A DNA stretch of 64,000 bases from Promethearchaeia archaeon (GCA_029856045.1 JAHQWG010000039.1:32001-96000); one strand, 5' to 3'. Positions 49,503 through 59,846 are shown, counted from the first letter of the stretch. Numbers and translations are program-made. The notes: generated by a model not told the origin, from the letters alone.

Positions 49503-52500
49503 TTAGTTTCTAAATTTTATTCTCTTAGATTTATTAGAAATCACAATTAATCCTATTCCTGCAAGCAGTGAAATAATTATCCAGCCAGCAGGATATCCAG
49601 GAATCTCTGGAACACCATCACCATTGCCATCTCCATCACCATTGCCATCTCCATCACCATTGCCATCTTCTGTTATTAAAAAAAGAATATCATCACTAAC
49701 TGGGGAAGTCTCTCCTATTGCATTTCGAAATTTCACATAAATTGAATATTCCGTATTGTTTATAGAGTCCTCTAAATACAACTGTTTTGTTGTAGCATAT
49801 GACTCCCAACTAGTCCAAGCACCGGTTGTCCCGTTTCTGAAGCACATTTCTATTGCTCCATCAGCTGAGAGCGTGAGATTTACCAAAGTAGAATTAGTAC
49901 TCCCATCTCCATTATTTATGATAATGGATGGATTCAATGGTGGTGTTAATACCAAATATAAAATGCTATCACTAACTGGGGTGGTATCTCCTATTGCATT
50001 TCGAAATTTCACATAAATTGAATATTCTGTATTATTTGTAGGTCCTTCTAAATATAATTGTTTTGTTGTAGCATATGACTCCCAACTAGTCCAAGCACCG
50101 GTTGTCCCGTTTCTGAAGCACATTTCTATTGCTCCATCAGCCGAGAGCGTGAGATTTACCAAAGTAGAATTAGTACTCGCATCTCCATTATTTATGATAA
50201 TGGATGGATTCAATGGTGGTGTTAATACCAAATATAAAATGCTATCACTAACTGGGGAAGTCTCTACTATTGCATTTCGAAATTTCACATAGATTGAATA
50301 TTCCGTATTGTTTATAGAGTCCTTTAAATACAACTGTTTTGTTGTAGCATAAGGTTCCCAACTAGTCCAAGCGCCGATTGTTTCGTTTCTAAAGCACATT
50401 TCTATTGCTTCATCAGCCGAGAGTGTGAGATTCACCAAGGTGGAATTAGTACTTGCATCTCCATTATTTATAATTATGGATGGATTCAATGGAGGTGACA
50501 CTAATTTTTTATAAAATATATCGTTATCCGTTCCCGAACCGCCATAATTCGTAGAATCATGCCACGCAATGTGTACGCTTCCAGAACCACTCGCTGCTAT
50601 TGTCGGATAATGAGAATTACCAGTACTTTCCATGGTGACCACTTCAGTTATGGTCCAGGCTGAAGTAGTCGCATTCCAGCGCTTATAGAATATATCATGA
50701 TCAGTTCCCGAATTGCCATAATTCGTATAATCCTCCCATGCAATGTGCACGTTTCCAAAATTATCTGCTGTTATTGTCAAATAACCAGAATAATCAGTAC
50801 TTTCTGTGGAGACCACCTCGGTTGTGGTCCAAGCTGCCATAGTCGCATTCCAGCGCTTATAAAATATATCCTCATCCGTTCCTGAATCATCATAATTCGT
50901 CCCATCATACCACGCAATGTGCACGTTTCCGATACCGTCCTCTGCGATTGTTGGACGCGAAGAATCATCGGTACTTTCCGTGGAGACCACCTCGGTTGTA
51001 GTCCAAACTGCCGTGGTCGCATTCCAGCGCTTATAAAATATATCATGATCAGTTCCCGAACCGCCATAATTCGTATAATCTTCCCATGTAATGTGCACAT
51101 TTCCAGAACCGTCCGCTGCTATTGTTGGATAAAAAGAATCACCAGTGCTTTGCGTGGAGACCACCTCGGTCGTAGTCCAAGCTGCCGTAGTCACATTCCA
51201 GCGCTTATAAAATATATCCCAATCCGCTCCCGAACCGCCATAATTCGTCTCATCCTGCCACACAATGTGCAGGTTTCCAGAACCATCTGCTGTTATTGTT
51301 GGATCCCGACAATCACTAGTACTTTCCGTCGAAATCAATTCAGCTGTGGTCCAAGCTGCCGTAGTTGCATTCCAACATTTATAAAATATATCTAAATTCT
51401 TTCCAGAACCACTATAATCATACCATGCAATGTGCACGTTTCCAGAACCATCCACTGTCATTGTCGGATCCCGACAATTATAAGTGCTTTCCGTGGAGAC
51501 CACTTCAGTCGTGGTCCAGGTCGCCGTTGTCGCATTCCAGTGCTTATAAAAGATATCCCAATCCGTTCCCGAACTACCATAATTCGTTTCATCATACCAC
51601 GCAATGTGCACGTTTCCAGAACCGTCCACTGCGATTGTTGGACGCCAAGAGTCATCGGTGCTTTCTGTGGAGACTACTTCGGTTATGGTCCAGGAGAATA
51701 TAAAATATAGAATGCTATCACCGATTGGGGAAGTCTCTCCTATTGTATTTCGAAATTTCACATAAATTGAATATTCTGTATTGTCTGCATAGCCTTCTAA
51801 ATACAATTTTTTTGTTGTAGCATATGGTTCCCAACTGGTCCAAGCACCAATCGTTCCGTTTCTAAAGCACATTTCTTCGGTTAAATCCGCCGAGAGCGTT
51901 AAATTCACTAAAGTAGAATTAGTACTCACATCGCCATTATTTATAATTATTGATGGATTCAATGGGATGAATACCAAATATAAAATGCTATCCCCAACTG
52001 GAGAAGTCTCTCCTATTGCATTTCGAAATTTGACATATATTGAATATTCCGTATTATTTATAGAACCCTCTAAGGACAATTGTTTTTCTGTAGCATAAGA
52101 TTCCCAACTAGTCCATGCTCCTATCGTTCCGTTTCTAAAGCACATTTCTTCGGCTAATTCTGCTGAGAGTGTGAGAGTCACTAAGGTGGAATTAGTACTG
52201 GCAACTCCGTTATTGATAATTATGGATGGATTCAATGGAGTTGATGCTAATTTTTTATAAAATATATCCCTATCTGTTCCTGAACCGTCATAGTTCGTCA
52301 GATCATTCCATGCAACGTGTACGTTCCCGGAACCATCCGTTGCTATTGTTTGATACCAAGAAGCACCTGTACTTTCAGTAGAGACCACCTCGGTTATGGT
52401 CCAAGTCTCCGTACCACTGTCCCATCGTTTATAAAATATATCCCCATCCGTTCCCGAACCATCATAGTTCGTCAGATCATTCCATGCAACGTGTGCGTTC

Positions 52501-53621
52501 CCGGAACCATCCGTTGCTATTGTTGGATCAATAGAACCACTAGTACTTTCCGTGGAGACAACTTCGGTCGTGGTCCAAAGCTCAGCACCACTGTCCCATC
52601 GTTTATAAAATATATCCCCATCCGTTCCCGAACCACCATAATTCGTCCCATCATCCCATGCGATGTGTACATATCCAAAATCCGCTGCTATTGTTGGATT
52701 TTGAGAATAATCAGTGCTTCCCGCGGAGACCACTTCGGTTGTGGTCCAGGCAACCATGGAAACATCCCAGCGCTTATAAAATATATCTATATCGGTTCCC
52801 GAACCGCCATAATTTGTATAATCCCTCCATGTAATGTGTATATTTCCAGGATCGTCCACTGCTATTGTTGGATCATAAGAACTGCTAGTGCTTTCCGTGG
52901 AGACTACCTCGGTCGTGGTCCAGGCTTTCGTGGTTGCGTCCCATCGTTTATAAAAGATATCTCCATCCCCTCCAGAACCACCATAATTCGTATAATCCTC
53001 CCACACAACGTGCAAATTTCCGGAATTGTCCGCTGTTATTGTTGGAACTCGAGAATCACCGGTGCTTTCCGTGGAGACCACCTCGGTTGTAGTCCAGGTC
53101 GCCGTGGTCGCATTCCATCGTTTATAAAATATATCCATATCTGTTCCCGAACCACCATAATTCGTCTCATCCTGCCATGCAATGTGCACATTTCCGGAAC
53201 CGTCCACTGCTATTGTTGGATAATAAGAATCACCAGTGCTTTCCGTGGAGACTACCTCAGTCGTAGTCCAGGTCGCCGTGGTCGCATTCCAGCGCTTATA
53301 AAATATATCATTATCCACCCATGAACCGCCATAATCTGTCGCATCATACCATGCAATGTGCACATTTCCGGAACCGTCCACAACTATTGTTGGATGACCA
53401 GAATAATCAGTGCTTTCCGTGGAGACCACTTCGGTCGTGGTCCAAACCAAAGCAGAATTTTTTAATTCCTTTGAAAAGCTCTCTAAATTTTCAACTACAC
53501 TATCTTTCAATAAATTGTTGTTATTATAGAGATAAATCGGAATGAAGCCATTAAAATAAATAATCAAAGAGAGCAATAAAGCTAATTTAAATTTATTTCG
53601 TGTCATAGATTTTACCCCCAT
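49503..53621 (-). CDS. Large cell-surface protein: 7-blade propeller, 2 Ig-like, 7-blade propeller, 3 Ig-like, GDG linker, IPGY/TM sorting tail (Loki-CTERM-like)
   Basis: 14 copies of a ~58-aa repeat (174 nt) and 5 copies of a ~92-aa repeat (276-nt period measured for the last three); N-terminal hydrophobic signal; C-terminal PEIPGY, TM helix and basic tail; many N-x-S/T sequons. Confidence 0.85.
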   Translation of the reverse strand: MGVKSMTRNKFKLALLLSLIIYFNGFIPIYLYNNNNLLKDSVVENLESFSKELKNSALVWTTTEVVSTESTDYSGHPTIVVDGSGNVHIAWYDATDYGGSWVDNDIFYKRWNATTATWTTTEVVSTESTGDSYYPTIAVDGSGNVHIAWQDETNYGGSGTDMDIFYKRWNATTATWTTTEVVSTESTGDSRVPTITADNSGNLHVVWEDYTNYGGSGGDGDIFYKRWDATTKAWTTTEVVSTESTSSSYDPTIAVDDPGNIHITWRDYTNYGGSGTDIDIFYKRWDVSMVAWTTTEVVSAGSTDYSQNPTIAADFGYVHIAWDDGTNYGGSGTDGDIFYKRWDSGAELWTTTEVVSTESTSGSIDPTIATDGSGNAHVAWNDLTNYDGSGTDGDIFYKRWDSGTETWTITEVVSTESTGASWYQTIATDGSGNVHVAWNDLTNYDGSGTDRDIFYKKLASTPLNPSIIINNGVASTNSTLVTLTLSAELAEEMCFRNGTIGAWTSWESYATEKQLSLEGSINNTEYSIYVKFRNAIGETSPVGDSILYLVFIPLNPSIIINNGDVSTNSTLVNLTLSADLTEEMCFRNGTIGAWTSWEPYATTKKLYLEGYADNTEYSIYVKFRNTIGETSPIGDSILYFIFSWTITEVVSTESTDDSWRPTIAVDGSGNVHIAWYDETNYGSSGTDWDIFYKHWNATTATWTTTEVVSTESTYNCRDPTMTVDGSGNVHIAWYDYSGSGKNLDIFYKCWNATTAAWTTAELISTESTSDCRDPTITADGSGNLHIVWQDETNYGGSGADWDIFYKRWNVTTAAWTTTEVVSTQSTGDSFYPTIAADGSGNVHITWEDYTNYGGSGTDHDIFYKRWNATTAVWTTTEVVSTESTDDSSRPTIAEDGIGNVHIAWYDGTNYDDSGTDEDIFYKRWNATMAAWTTTEVVSTESTDYSGYLTITADNFGNVHIAWEDYTNYGNSGTDHDIFYKRWNATTSAWTITEVVTMESTGNSHYPTIAASGSGSVHIAWHDSTNYGGSGTDNDIFYKKLVSPPLNPSIIINNGDASTNSTLVNLTLSADEAIEMCFRNETIGAWTSWEPYATTKQLYLKDSINNTEYSIYVKFRNAIVETSPVSDSILYLVLTPPLNPSIIINNGDASTNSTLVNLTLSADGAIEMCFRNGTTGAWTSWESYATTKQLYLEGPTNNTEYSIYVKFRNAIGDTTPVSDSILYLVLTPPLNPSIIINNGDGSTNSTLVNLTLSADGAIEMCFRNGTTGAWTSWESYATTKQLYLEDSINNTEYSIYVKFRNAIGETSPVSDDILFLITEDGNGDGDGNGDGDGNGDGVPEIPGYPAGWIIISLLAGIGLIVISNKSKRIKFRN

Positions 53622-54218
53622 AAAAAATTTTCATTATTAACTTCTAATAATGATATTCCTAGAAGGTTCAAGAGAAGAATAGCCATTTGTAAAATTTTTT
53701 TAAAATTTTTTTTAGATATCAAATTTTTCACTTTTTTAATAGATTCAATAAAAATGTGTATTTATGGTTCCATTTATAGTTGAGATTTCGATAATTCAAT
53801 GGAAGTTTGAAAACTTTCTGGAAGTCTCCAAATAAATATAAAAAAAATAAATATGCAATAATTTTTTATAATTAAGATCCAGATTCAAGAAAAATAACTT
53901 AAATAAATTATTAAGATGTTCTTAATTTCTCAGATCCAGATAAGATTATTCATAAAGTTGATACGAGAGGAATGTGCCTTAAGATAATGTTAATATCATA
54001 CTATTTTTCGATTTAGTTTTTTGAAAAAAATTAAATAGTCCGAAACAAATTTTAATTCGCTCAGAGTTTTATTTTTTTCCTCATTTATTATTTAACATTT
54101 TAGTAAGTCCAGAGGAGAACTATTTCTACTGACGATATAAAATTAAACATAACCTATTTATTTAGATAAATATAATTATAAAATAAGCGAATTATAAGAA
54201 CCCAAGCTAAGTTTCAAT

Positions 54219-56216
54219 ATGAATAAAAAAGATATTGTTAAAAACAATAAAAAAAATCTTCCAAAGAGTAACGAAAAAAAGAGACCCAGTGTAAAATCTA
54301 AAGAATTAAAGCTGTCAAAACAACTAATGACCGAAGGTAAATATCAAGAAGCCCTTTTGCTTTTAAACGATTTTGAAGGAAAGCAAGAACTAACAGATTT
54401 TGACTCTCTTTCACTTTATCTCCTTAAAAGCTCCGCTTTGAACAGAACGGGTAATCATCAAGAAGCTTTTAAGTTTGCTGAAAATGCTTATCAAATTTGT
54501 CAGAAGCTTAATAATATCCCCAAGATGTTTGATATACTGGTAAATTTGGCATGGTCATTAAGTTGGCTAGGCGATTTGGACAAAAGTGCTAACTTTATTG
54601 TTCAAGCTGAGGAGTTATTAAAAAAACTCTCATATATTTCACCCTCGGAATATGATAAAAAGGAAGCAGAGATTTCTTTTTGTAAAGGATGTGCTTACTT
54701 TTTTCAAGGAAATGCAGATCAAGGTTTAGAATGTGCCCGAAAAAGCTTAGAATTACGAGAAAAGAGAGGTGATAAGTTTGGAATAGCTCTTTCTTTATAT
54801 CAAATGGGAAACTATTATACTTTTTTAAAATGGGATTTTGATCAAGCTCTCAAGAACGCTGAACGCTGTCAGTCTCTTGCCGAAGAATTAAATATTGGAT
54901 ATATAATCACACTTAATTTTATTACTCTTGGGGTTATTTATATTATGAAAGGTGAATTAGAGAAGGCTCTCATGTATCATAAAAGGGCATTAGATAAAGC
55001 TAATGAAAAATACATGATCATGACAATTCTTAATAATATTGGCAATATATATATTCAAAAAGGAGATTTAGATCAAGCTTCAAAATATCTCGAAGATTGT
55101 TTAGAGCTAGCAGAACAAGTTAAACATATGTATATTTTAGCTAATAGCATCGGGAGCATAATAGAAATATTAGCTTTGAAAAATGAGGTCGAGCAAGCTC
55201 AGAAATATTTGAAAAAATTGGAACATTTAAATAATCAAGAGGATAACAAGATTACTAAAATAATCTATCTCTTTAGTAAAGCATTAATACTTAAGACAAG
55301 TCCGCGGATTCAAAATCGGGCAAAAGCCCAAGAAATTTTTAAGAAAATTTCTCAAGGTGAGACTATATCGGGTGAAGTTACGATAAAAGCTTTAATAAAC
55401 CTTTGTGCCCTATTGCTAGATGAATTACAGATGACGCAAGAATTAGAGATATTAAAAGAGTTAGAGCCTATTATTACACAACTATTAAGCATGGCAGAAA
55501 ATACAAATTCATTTTGGATTTTAGCCGAAACTTACATATTACAAGCTAAATTGGCGTTACTAACATTAGATCTCAAGGGAGCTAGACGTCTATTAACACA
55601 AGCCCAAAAAATAGCCGAAAAGCATGGGATTCATCAATTAGCAGCTAAAATTTCCATTGAACATGATGAATTACTTCAGAAATCAAGTATATGGGAGAAA
55701 TTAAAAGACTCAGAATCTTCATTATCTGAACGTTTTAAGTTAACTAACGTGAATGAACAGATGAAAAATATGATTCAAAAACGTATAAGTGGAGTTCCCG
55801 AGATACTAGAGGAAAAACCTGTTATAATTTTAGTAATTTCAAAAGGAGGGGTTCCCATATTCTCCAAATTATTTACAAAAATATTGATTAACGAAGAAGA
55901 TATCATTAGCAGTTTTTTAGCTACTTTTAACACATTTAGTAGTGAACTCTTTTCTGAGGGGCTCGATCGCGCAATTTTTGGTCAATATACCTTACTTATG
56001 AAGTCAATTTCAACATTTTTAGTTTGTTATTTATTCAAAGGACAATCTTTTTCTGCTCAAAAAAAAATACAAAATTTTGTAGAAAATATAAAAAATAATG
56101 AAGATTTATTGGAAAAGTTTAATAAGTATTATCAAACCAACCGAATAATCAAACTTGAAGATGTTCCAATACTCAAATCATTGATAACAGAAATATTTAT
56201 TGAAAAAAATATTTAA
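54219..56216 (+). CDS. TPR-repeat protein with C-terminal longin/roadblock-like domain
   Basis: Long TPR array (LGVIYIMKGELEKAL, LNNIGNIYIQKGDLDQA); C-terminal LVISKGGVPIFS...IISSFLATFNTFSSELF...LVCYLFKGQS. Confidence 0.8.
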   Translation: MNKKDIVKNNKKNLPKSNEKKRPSVKSKELKLSKQLMTEGKYQEALLLLNDFEGKQELTDFDSLSLYLLKSSALNRTGNHQEAFKFAENAYQICQKLNNIPKMFDILVNLAWSLSWLGDLDKSANFIVQAEELLKKLSYISPSEYDKKEAEISFCKGCAYFFQGNADQGLECARKSLELREKRGDKFGIALSLYQMGNYYTFLKWDFDQALKNAERCQSLAEELNIGYIITLNFITLGVIYIMKGELEKALMYHKRALDKANEKYMIMTILNNIGNIYIQKGDLDQASKYLEDCLELAEQVKHMYILANSIGSIIEILALKNEVEQAQKYLKKLEHLNNQEDNKITKIIYLFSKALILKTSPRIQNRAKAQEIFKKISQGETISGEVTIKALINLCALLLDELQMTQELEILKELEPIITQLLSMAENTNSFWILAETYILQAKLALLTLDLKGARRLLTQAQKIAEKHGIHQLAAKISIEHDELLQKSSIWEKLKDSESSLSERFKLTNVNEQMKNMIQKRISGVPEILEEKPVIILVISKGGVPIFSKLFTKILINEEDIISSFLATFNTFSSELFSEGLDRAIFGQYTLLMKSISTFLVCYLFKGQSFSAQKKIQNFVENIKNNEDLLEKFNKYYQTNRIIKLEDVPILKSLITEIFIEKNI

Positions 56217-56309
56217 TAATGTAAGCATTAAATAAATTAAATTTTATATTGAAGAACATTTATCCTTAAATTATAATAGATAAATAATCTGGCGATTATA
56301 AAGATTTTA

Positions 56310-56861
56310 ATGAACAATAATCAAATATTTATATTTAAAATTGTAGTTATTGGGGATGAAGGAGTAGGAAAAACATCATTAATTAAGAAATATACACAAG
56401 GATCTTTTGAGAAGGACTATATTAAAACAATTGGTGCACAATTTACCAGATACGAAAAAGAAATTAATGGAGATACAATTAAATTAATATTTTGGGATAT
56501 TGCTGGTCAAAGCGACTTTAATTTTCTTAATCCTTTATTTTATAAAGAGAGTAGGGCTTGTATAATTGTTTATAGCCTTGAAAAAAATGATTTAGGCAAT
56601 GAAAGTTTTAAACATATAGAAAATTGGCACAATGAATTAAATAAGTATTGTAGGAATATTCCTGTAATTTTATTTGCAAATAAAGTTGATCTAGTGGAGG
56701 AAAATGAATTGGATACTACTAAAATTCAAAAAATTTTAAAAAAACAGAATTTTCTTGGCTATTATATAACTTCCGCAAAAACAGGACAGGATGTTATTGC
56801 TGCATTTAATACCATCATTAATGAATTATATTATAAATTTAAGGCTTTATCTTCGGTATGA
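56310..56861 (+). CDS. Rab-like small GTPase
   Basis: G1 GDEGVGKTS, G2 YIKTIG, G3 WDIAGQ, G4 NKVD, G5 TSAK; no C-terminal prenylation Cys. Confidence 0.95.
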   Translation: MNNNQIFIFKIVVIGDEGVGKTSLIKKYTQGSFEKDYIKTIGAQFTRYEKEINGDTIKLIFWDIAGQSDFNFLNPLFYKESRACIIVYSLEKNDLGNESFKHIENWHNELNKYCRNIPVILFANKVDLVEENELDTTKIQKILKKQNFLGYYITSAKTGQDVIAAFNTIINELYYKFKALSSV

Positions 56862-56907
56862 TAAACTAATCTATTAATAATATTTCTATCTAATCTTATT
56901 AGAAGTT

Positions 56908-57275
56908 TTGAAAATTTACTCAGATTACACATATAAAAAGGTTAAAAAAACAACAGAATATATTGATGTATGTAAGGTACATAATGTATTTACTGTTCTT
57001 GAAGCGATCCAAAGTGAAGACATAGGCGTTTTCAAGAAAGATGAGGGTGCTAAAGCCGCACACGAGGGCTTAACAGAAATATATAGATAAATATCAATCC
57101 TTCAGGTGGATTGAAAGCAAGTGGATATCCTTTAGATTTTATTGGCGTTGCACAGGGTGTAGAGTTGGTTTGTCAATTAAGAAATGAAGCGGGAAAAAGA
57201 CAAGTCGATAGTGCTGAAACGAGAATTCTTATAATTATGGAGGATTTGAAAATAATATTATATCAATTTTAATAG
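56908..57275 (+). pseudogene. Decayed C-terminal fragment of an SCP2-type/archaeal thiolase
   Basis: IDVCKVHNVFTVLEAIQSEDIGVFKKDEGAKAAHEGLTEI, then stop/frameshift, [38 protein letters not shown], then frameshift, YNYGGF. Matches thiolase EVHDCF...[13 protein letters not shown]...HNxGG with the catalytic His lost. Confidence 0.85.
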
Positions 57276-57349
57276 AGGGAAAATAATTTTAAACAAAAGA
57301 AAGGCTATGAAAATAATTAAATATTTTACTTAATAAACTAAATCTCTAT

Positions 57350-59242
57350 TTACAGTTGCTCAATTTCGGTTAAGAAAAGATCTGCAATAGCACCCCATTT
57401 TTGTTTTGTATCGGGATCAATTGAGCTTTCATTTATAAGATCTTTTCCTTTTTTAAGATTTTTAACTGCTAAATTATAATTTCCAACCGCTTTATAACAA
57501 ATTCCCAATTTAATATAAGTTTGGTAAATATACCAATCATCACTACCCATTACAAGCGCTTTTAAAAATCTTTTTATGGCTTCTTCATATTCTTCAAAAT
57601 ACATTAAAATTTCTCCATAATTATCATAATAAATTCCTTTACCCTGTTCACTATCTATAAGTTTTTGAATAATTTCTAAAGATTCATTTTTTCTATCTAA
57701 ATATTGGAACCAATAAGCCTTATAACTAAGAAGTGCCTTATTTTTTGGATACTTTTTAAGTAAATCTTCTATAATGTCTAATCCTGCTCTTAAATTCCTC
57801 TTTCTTTTAAGAATAGATGCTTTTTTCATCATAATATCTATTTCCTCTTCAGGATATGTTTTTAACATATTATCTAATACCCGTAATACATCATTGTATT
57901 GATTAAAGTAAATTAAAATTTTAATTTTTAATTTATATAAATCGATATTATTTGGATTTAATTCAATTTTCCTATCAATTTCTTTAACTTCTTCTTCATA
58001 TTGACTTTTTAAATCTTCAGAAATTTGCAAATCAAAAATTTCTGACAAATCCTGCCAAATTAATACATCTAATTTGTCATAAGAATCTTTTAACTCTCTT
58101 TTAATTTCAAACTTGTACGCTAAGTATTTAATATATTTTGGTAAAAACACTCTTAATGATTCCATTAAACCTTTATTAAATAAGGTGTTACAAATTTCTT
58201 CTAAGATATTGTTTATTAAAGATTCCAACCTCTCAGATCCTCCAAATTTTTGCATATATTTGTTTTTTTTTATATATTCTTCAGTAATCGCCTGAAGCAT
58301 CTTCTCTAATTTTTCATCTGATTGAAAAAAATAATGCTTATCAGGGGGAACATCTAATCTAAAAAACTTTGTTTCATATAAATCTCCTTCTACAATCTCA
58401 TCTACCCAGAAATCAAGATTTTTTTTTTTAATTTGATAAAGCACCGAAAATTCTTCAAAAGATATATAGTTAGGGTAATTATTTGGATGATTAATCGAAA
58501 TAAAAAGTAAGATTTTATCAAAATCTTCTTTATTTGTTAATACTATACTAACTTTTGAATAATCTAATTTTAGAACTTTATTAAGATATCTAAATTTAAT
58601 ATTCTCATCAATAATATTGTATTTCTTGAAAAACCGTGTTGTTTCTTTAGTAATTTCATCAATTCGTTTACTTTCTTCTTCTAAAATTGTTTGTCTATCT
58701 ATATCATAATGTTGCAGTATCTTCGAATATTCTACTTTACCTGATTGCGTTATAATGTATTTGCTATCCTTTTTTAGTATAAAACCATTTTCAATAAGAA
58801 GAGTAAGATTTTTTGATAACGAAGATTGATTAATAGATAAAGGTTCTTCAAAAAAATCAGACTTTTTACAAAAATTATTATTGTATACCATCCAGAGTAT
58901 CCAATGGTTGTAATTCCTTTCACTTTTTAAGATTATTTCAGGAGGATAACTTAACTTTCGTTCTTTTCCTTTATATCTAGATAATTCGTAATATCTGTTT
59001 TTCCCCTCTGGAGTTATTCTATAATGACCTCTAGAAATTTTATTTACAAACCCTTTTCTCTTTAATGTAGTTAAATGCCTTGATAGTGTGGCTATAGGAA
59101 TCTCAATGGGTTTTTCGATAAAATGAGACCATTCACAACCATCGTTGTTATATAATATCCAAAGTATAATTTGCTCATAATTCTTCCCAATTAATTTTTG
59201 GGAGTTTAGAATCTCTTGAGAGGGATAATTTATTTTTTCCAT
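57350..59242 (-). CDS. Tandem winged-helix plus TPR protein, paralog of 37065..39575
   Basis: Shares EEPLSINQSSLSKNL, DRQxILEEESKRI, EDFDKILLFxSxNHPNxYP, DxYGEILM, TxIKxGxCYK. Confidence 0.82.
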   Translation of the reverse strand: MEKINYPSQEILNSQKLIGKNYEQIILWILYNNDGCEWSHFIEKPIEIPIATLSRHLTTLKRKGFVNKISRGHYRITPEGKNRYYELSRYKGKERKLSYPPEIILKSERNYNHWILWMVYNNNFCKKSDFFEEPLSINQSSLSKNLTLLIENGFILKKDSKYIITQSGKVEYSKILQHYDIDRQTILEEESKRIDEITKETTRFFKKYNIIDENIKFRYLNKVLKLDYSKVSIVLTNKEDFDKILLFISINHPNNYPNYISFEEFSVLYQIKKKNLDFWVDEIVEGDLYETKFFRLDVPPDKHYFFQSDEKLEKMLQAITEEYIKKNKYMQKFGGSERLESLINNILEEICNTLFNKGLMESLRVFLPKYIKYLAYKFEIKRELKDSYDKLDVLIWQDLSEIFDLQISEDLKSQYEEEVKEIDRKIELNPNNIDLYKLKIKILIYFNQYNDVLRVLDNMLKTYPEEEIDIMMKKASILKRKRNLRAGLDIIEDLLKKYPKNKALLSYKAYWFQYLDRKNESLEIIQKLIDSEQGKGIYYDNYGEILMYFEEYEEAIKRFLKALVMGSDDWYIYQTYIKLGICYKAVGNYNLAVKNLKKGKDLINESSIDPDTKQKWGAIADLFLTEIEQL

Positions 59243-59549
59243 AATTTATAGAAACAAAAACTTATGTTTTATATAGAAGAATAGAAATTTTTTTATATAT
59301 ATATTTTTAGGAAACTTCTATATAAATTTGGAACCTCCATAAATTTTTGAAATCATTAATATAAATGGAACGGAAGATAAATATTTTTTTAATCATCCTT
59401 GTTGTGATATATTTTAAGAGAGAGAAAAGAAGAGTTGACTCTACATTTTTTATATATAATTTAATAAAAATAAAATAAAAAGAGATAATTTCTCGTACTT
59501 GTCTCGCATTGCTAAATTCTACCACAAGTTTGAATTGATAGAGAATCCT

Positions 59550-59846
59550 TCATTTTTTTTTCTTTTTCGCTTTTATATCTTTTTCTTTTGCAAGAATAAC
59601 CTCTTCCATAGACTCATTAAGTTCTTTTGATTTTCCTTCTAATCTAAATTTTCCAAAAACCTTACTTTCCTCTTTCTGCCCAGCTGTTGATATTTTTTCA
59701 AATGTTAAAGTAACATCTCTCTCGTTCTTAAGAGCATAATTAATAAAGTTTATGAATCCTATATGTTTACTTGGAGCAATATTAAACTTTATTGAAGAAT
59801 CTTTTCCCTTCTGATTTTTTACTTTTAAAACTAACTTTAACTTCAA
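59550..59846 (-). CDS. Hypothetical protein
   Basis: TTG-start ORF, beta-rich, Lys tail. Confidence 0.6.
   Translation of the reverse strand: MKLKLVLKVKNQKGKDSSIKFNIAPSKHIGFINFINYALKNERDVTLTFEKISTAGQKEESKVFGKFRLEGKSKELNESMEEVILAKEKDIKAKKKKK

Noticed and set aside
50697-53545. Long antisense and alternate-frame ORFs (e.g. 52317..53324, 50919..51395)
   Set aside because: Shadows of the repetitive, more GC-rich surface-protein gene.
49503-53621. Diversity-generating retroelement target
   Set aside because: No reverse transcriptase or template repeat in the window, and variable sites include W, Q, M and E, which cannot arise from adenine mutagenesis of AAY codons.
53622-54218. Second ncRNA in the ~600-bp gap
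   Set aside because: It lies between divergent genes, has only short repeats (AGATCCAGAT x2) and no closing stem or terminator; more simply promoter DNA.
59307-59525. 72-aa ORF upstream of the second wHTH-TPR gene
   Set aside because: TTG start and F/I/K-rich composition typical of AT-rich intergenic DNA; overlaps the probable promoter.
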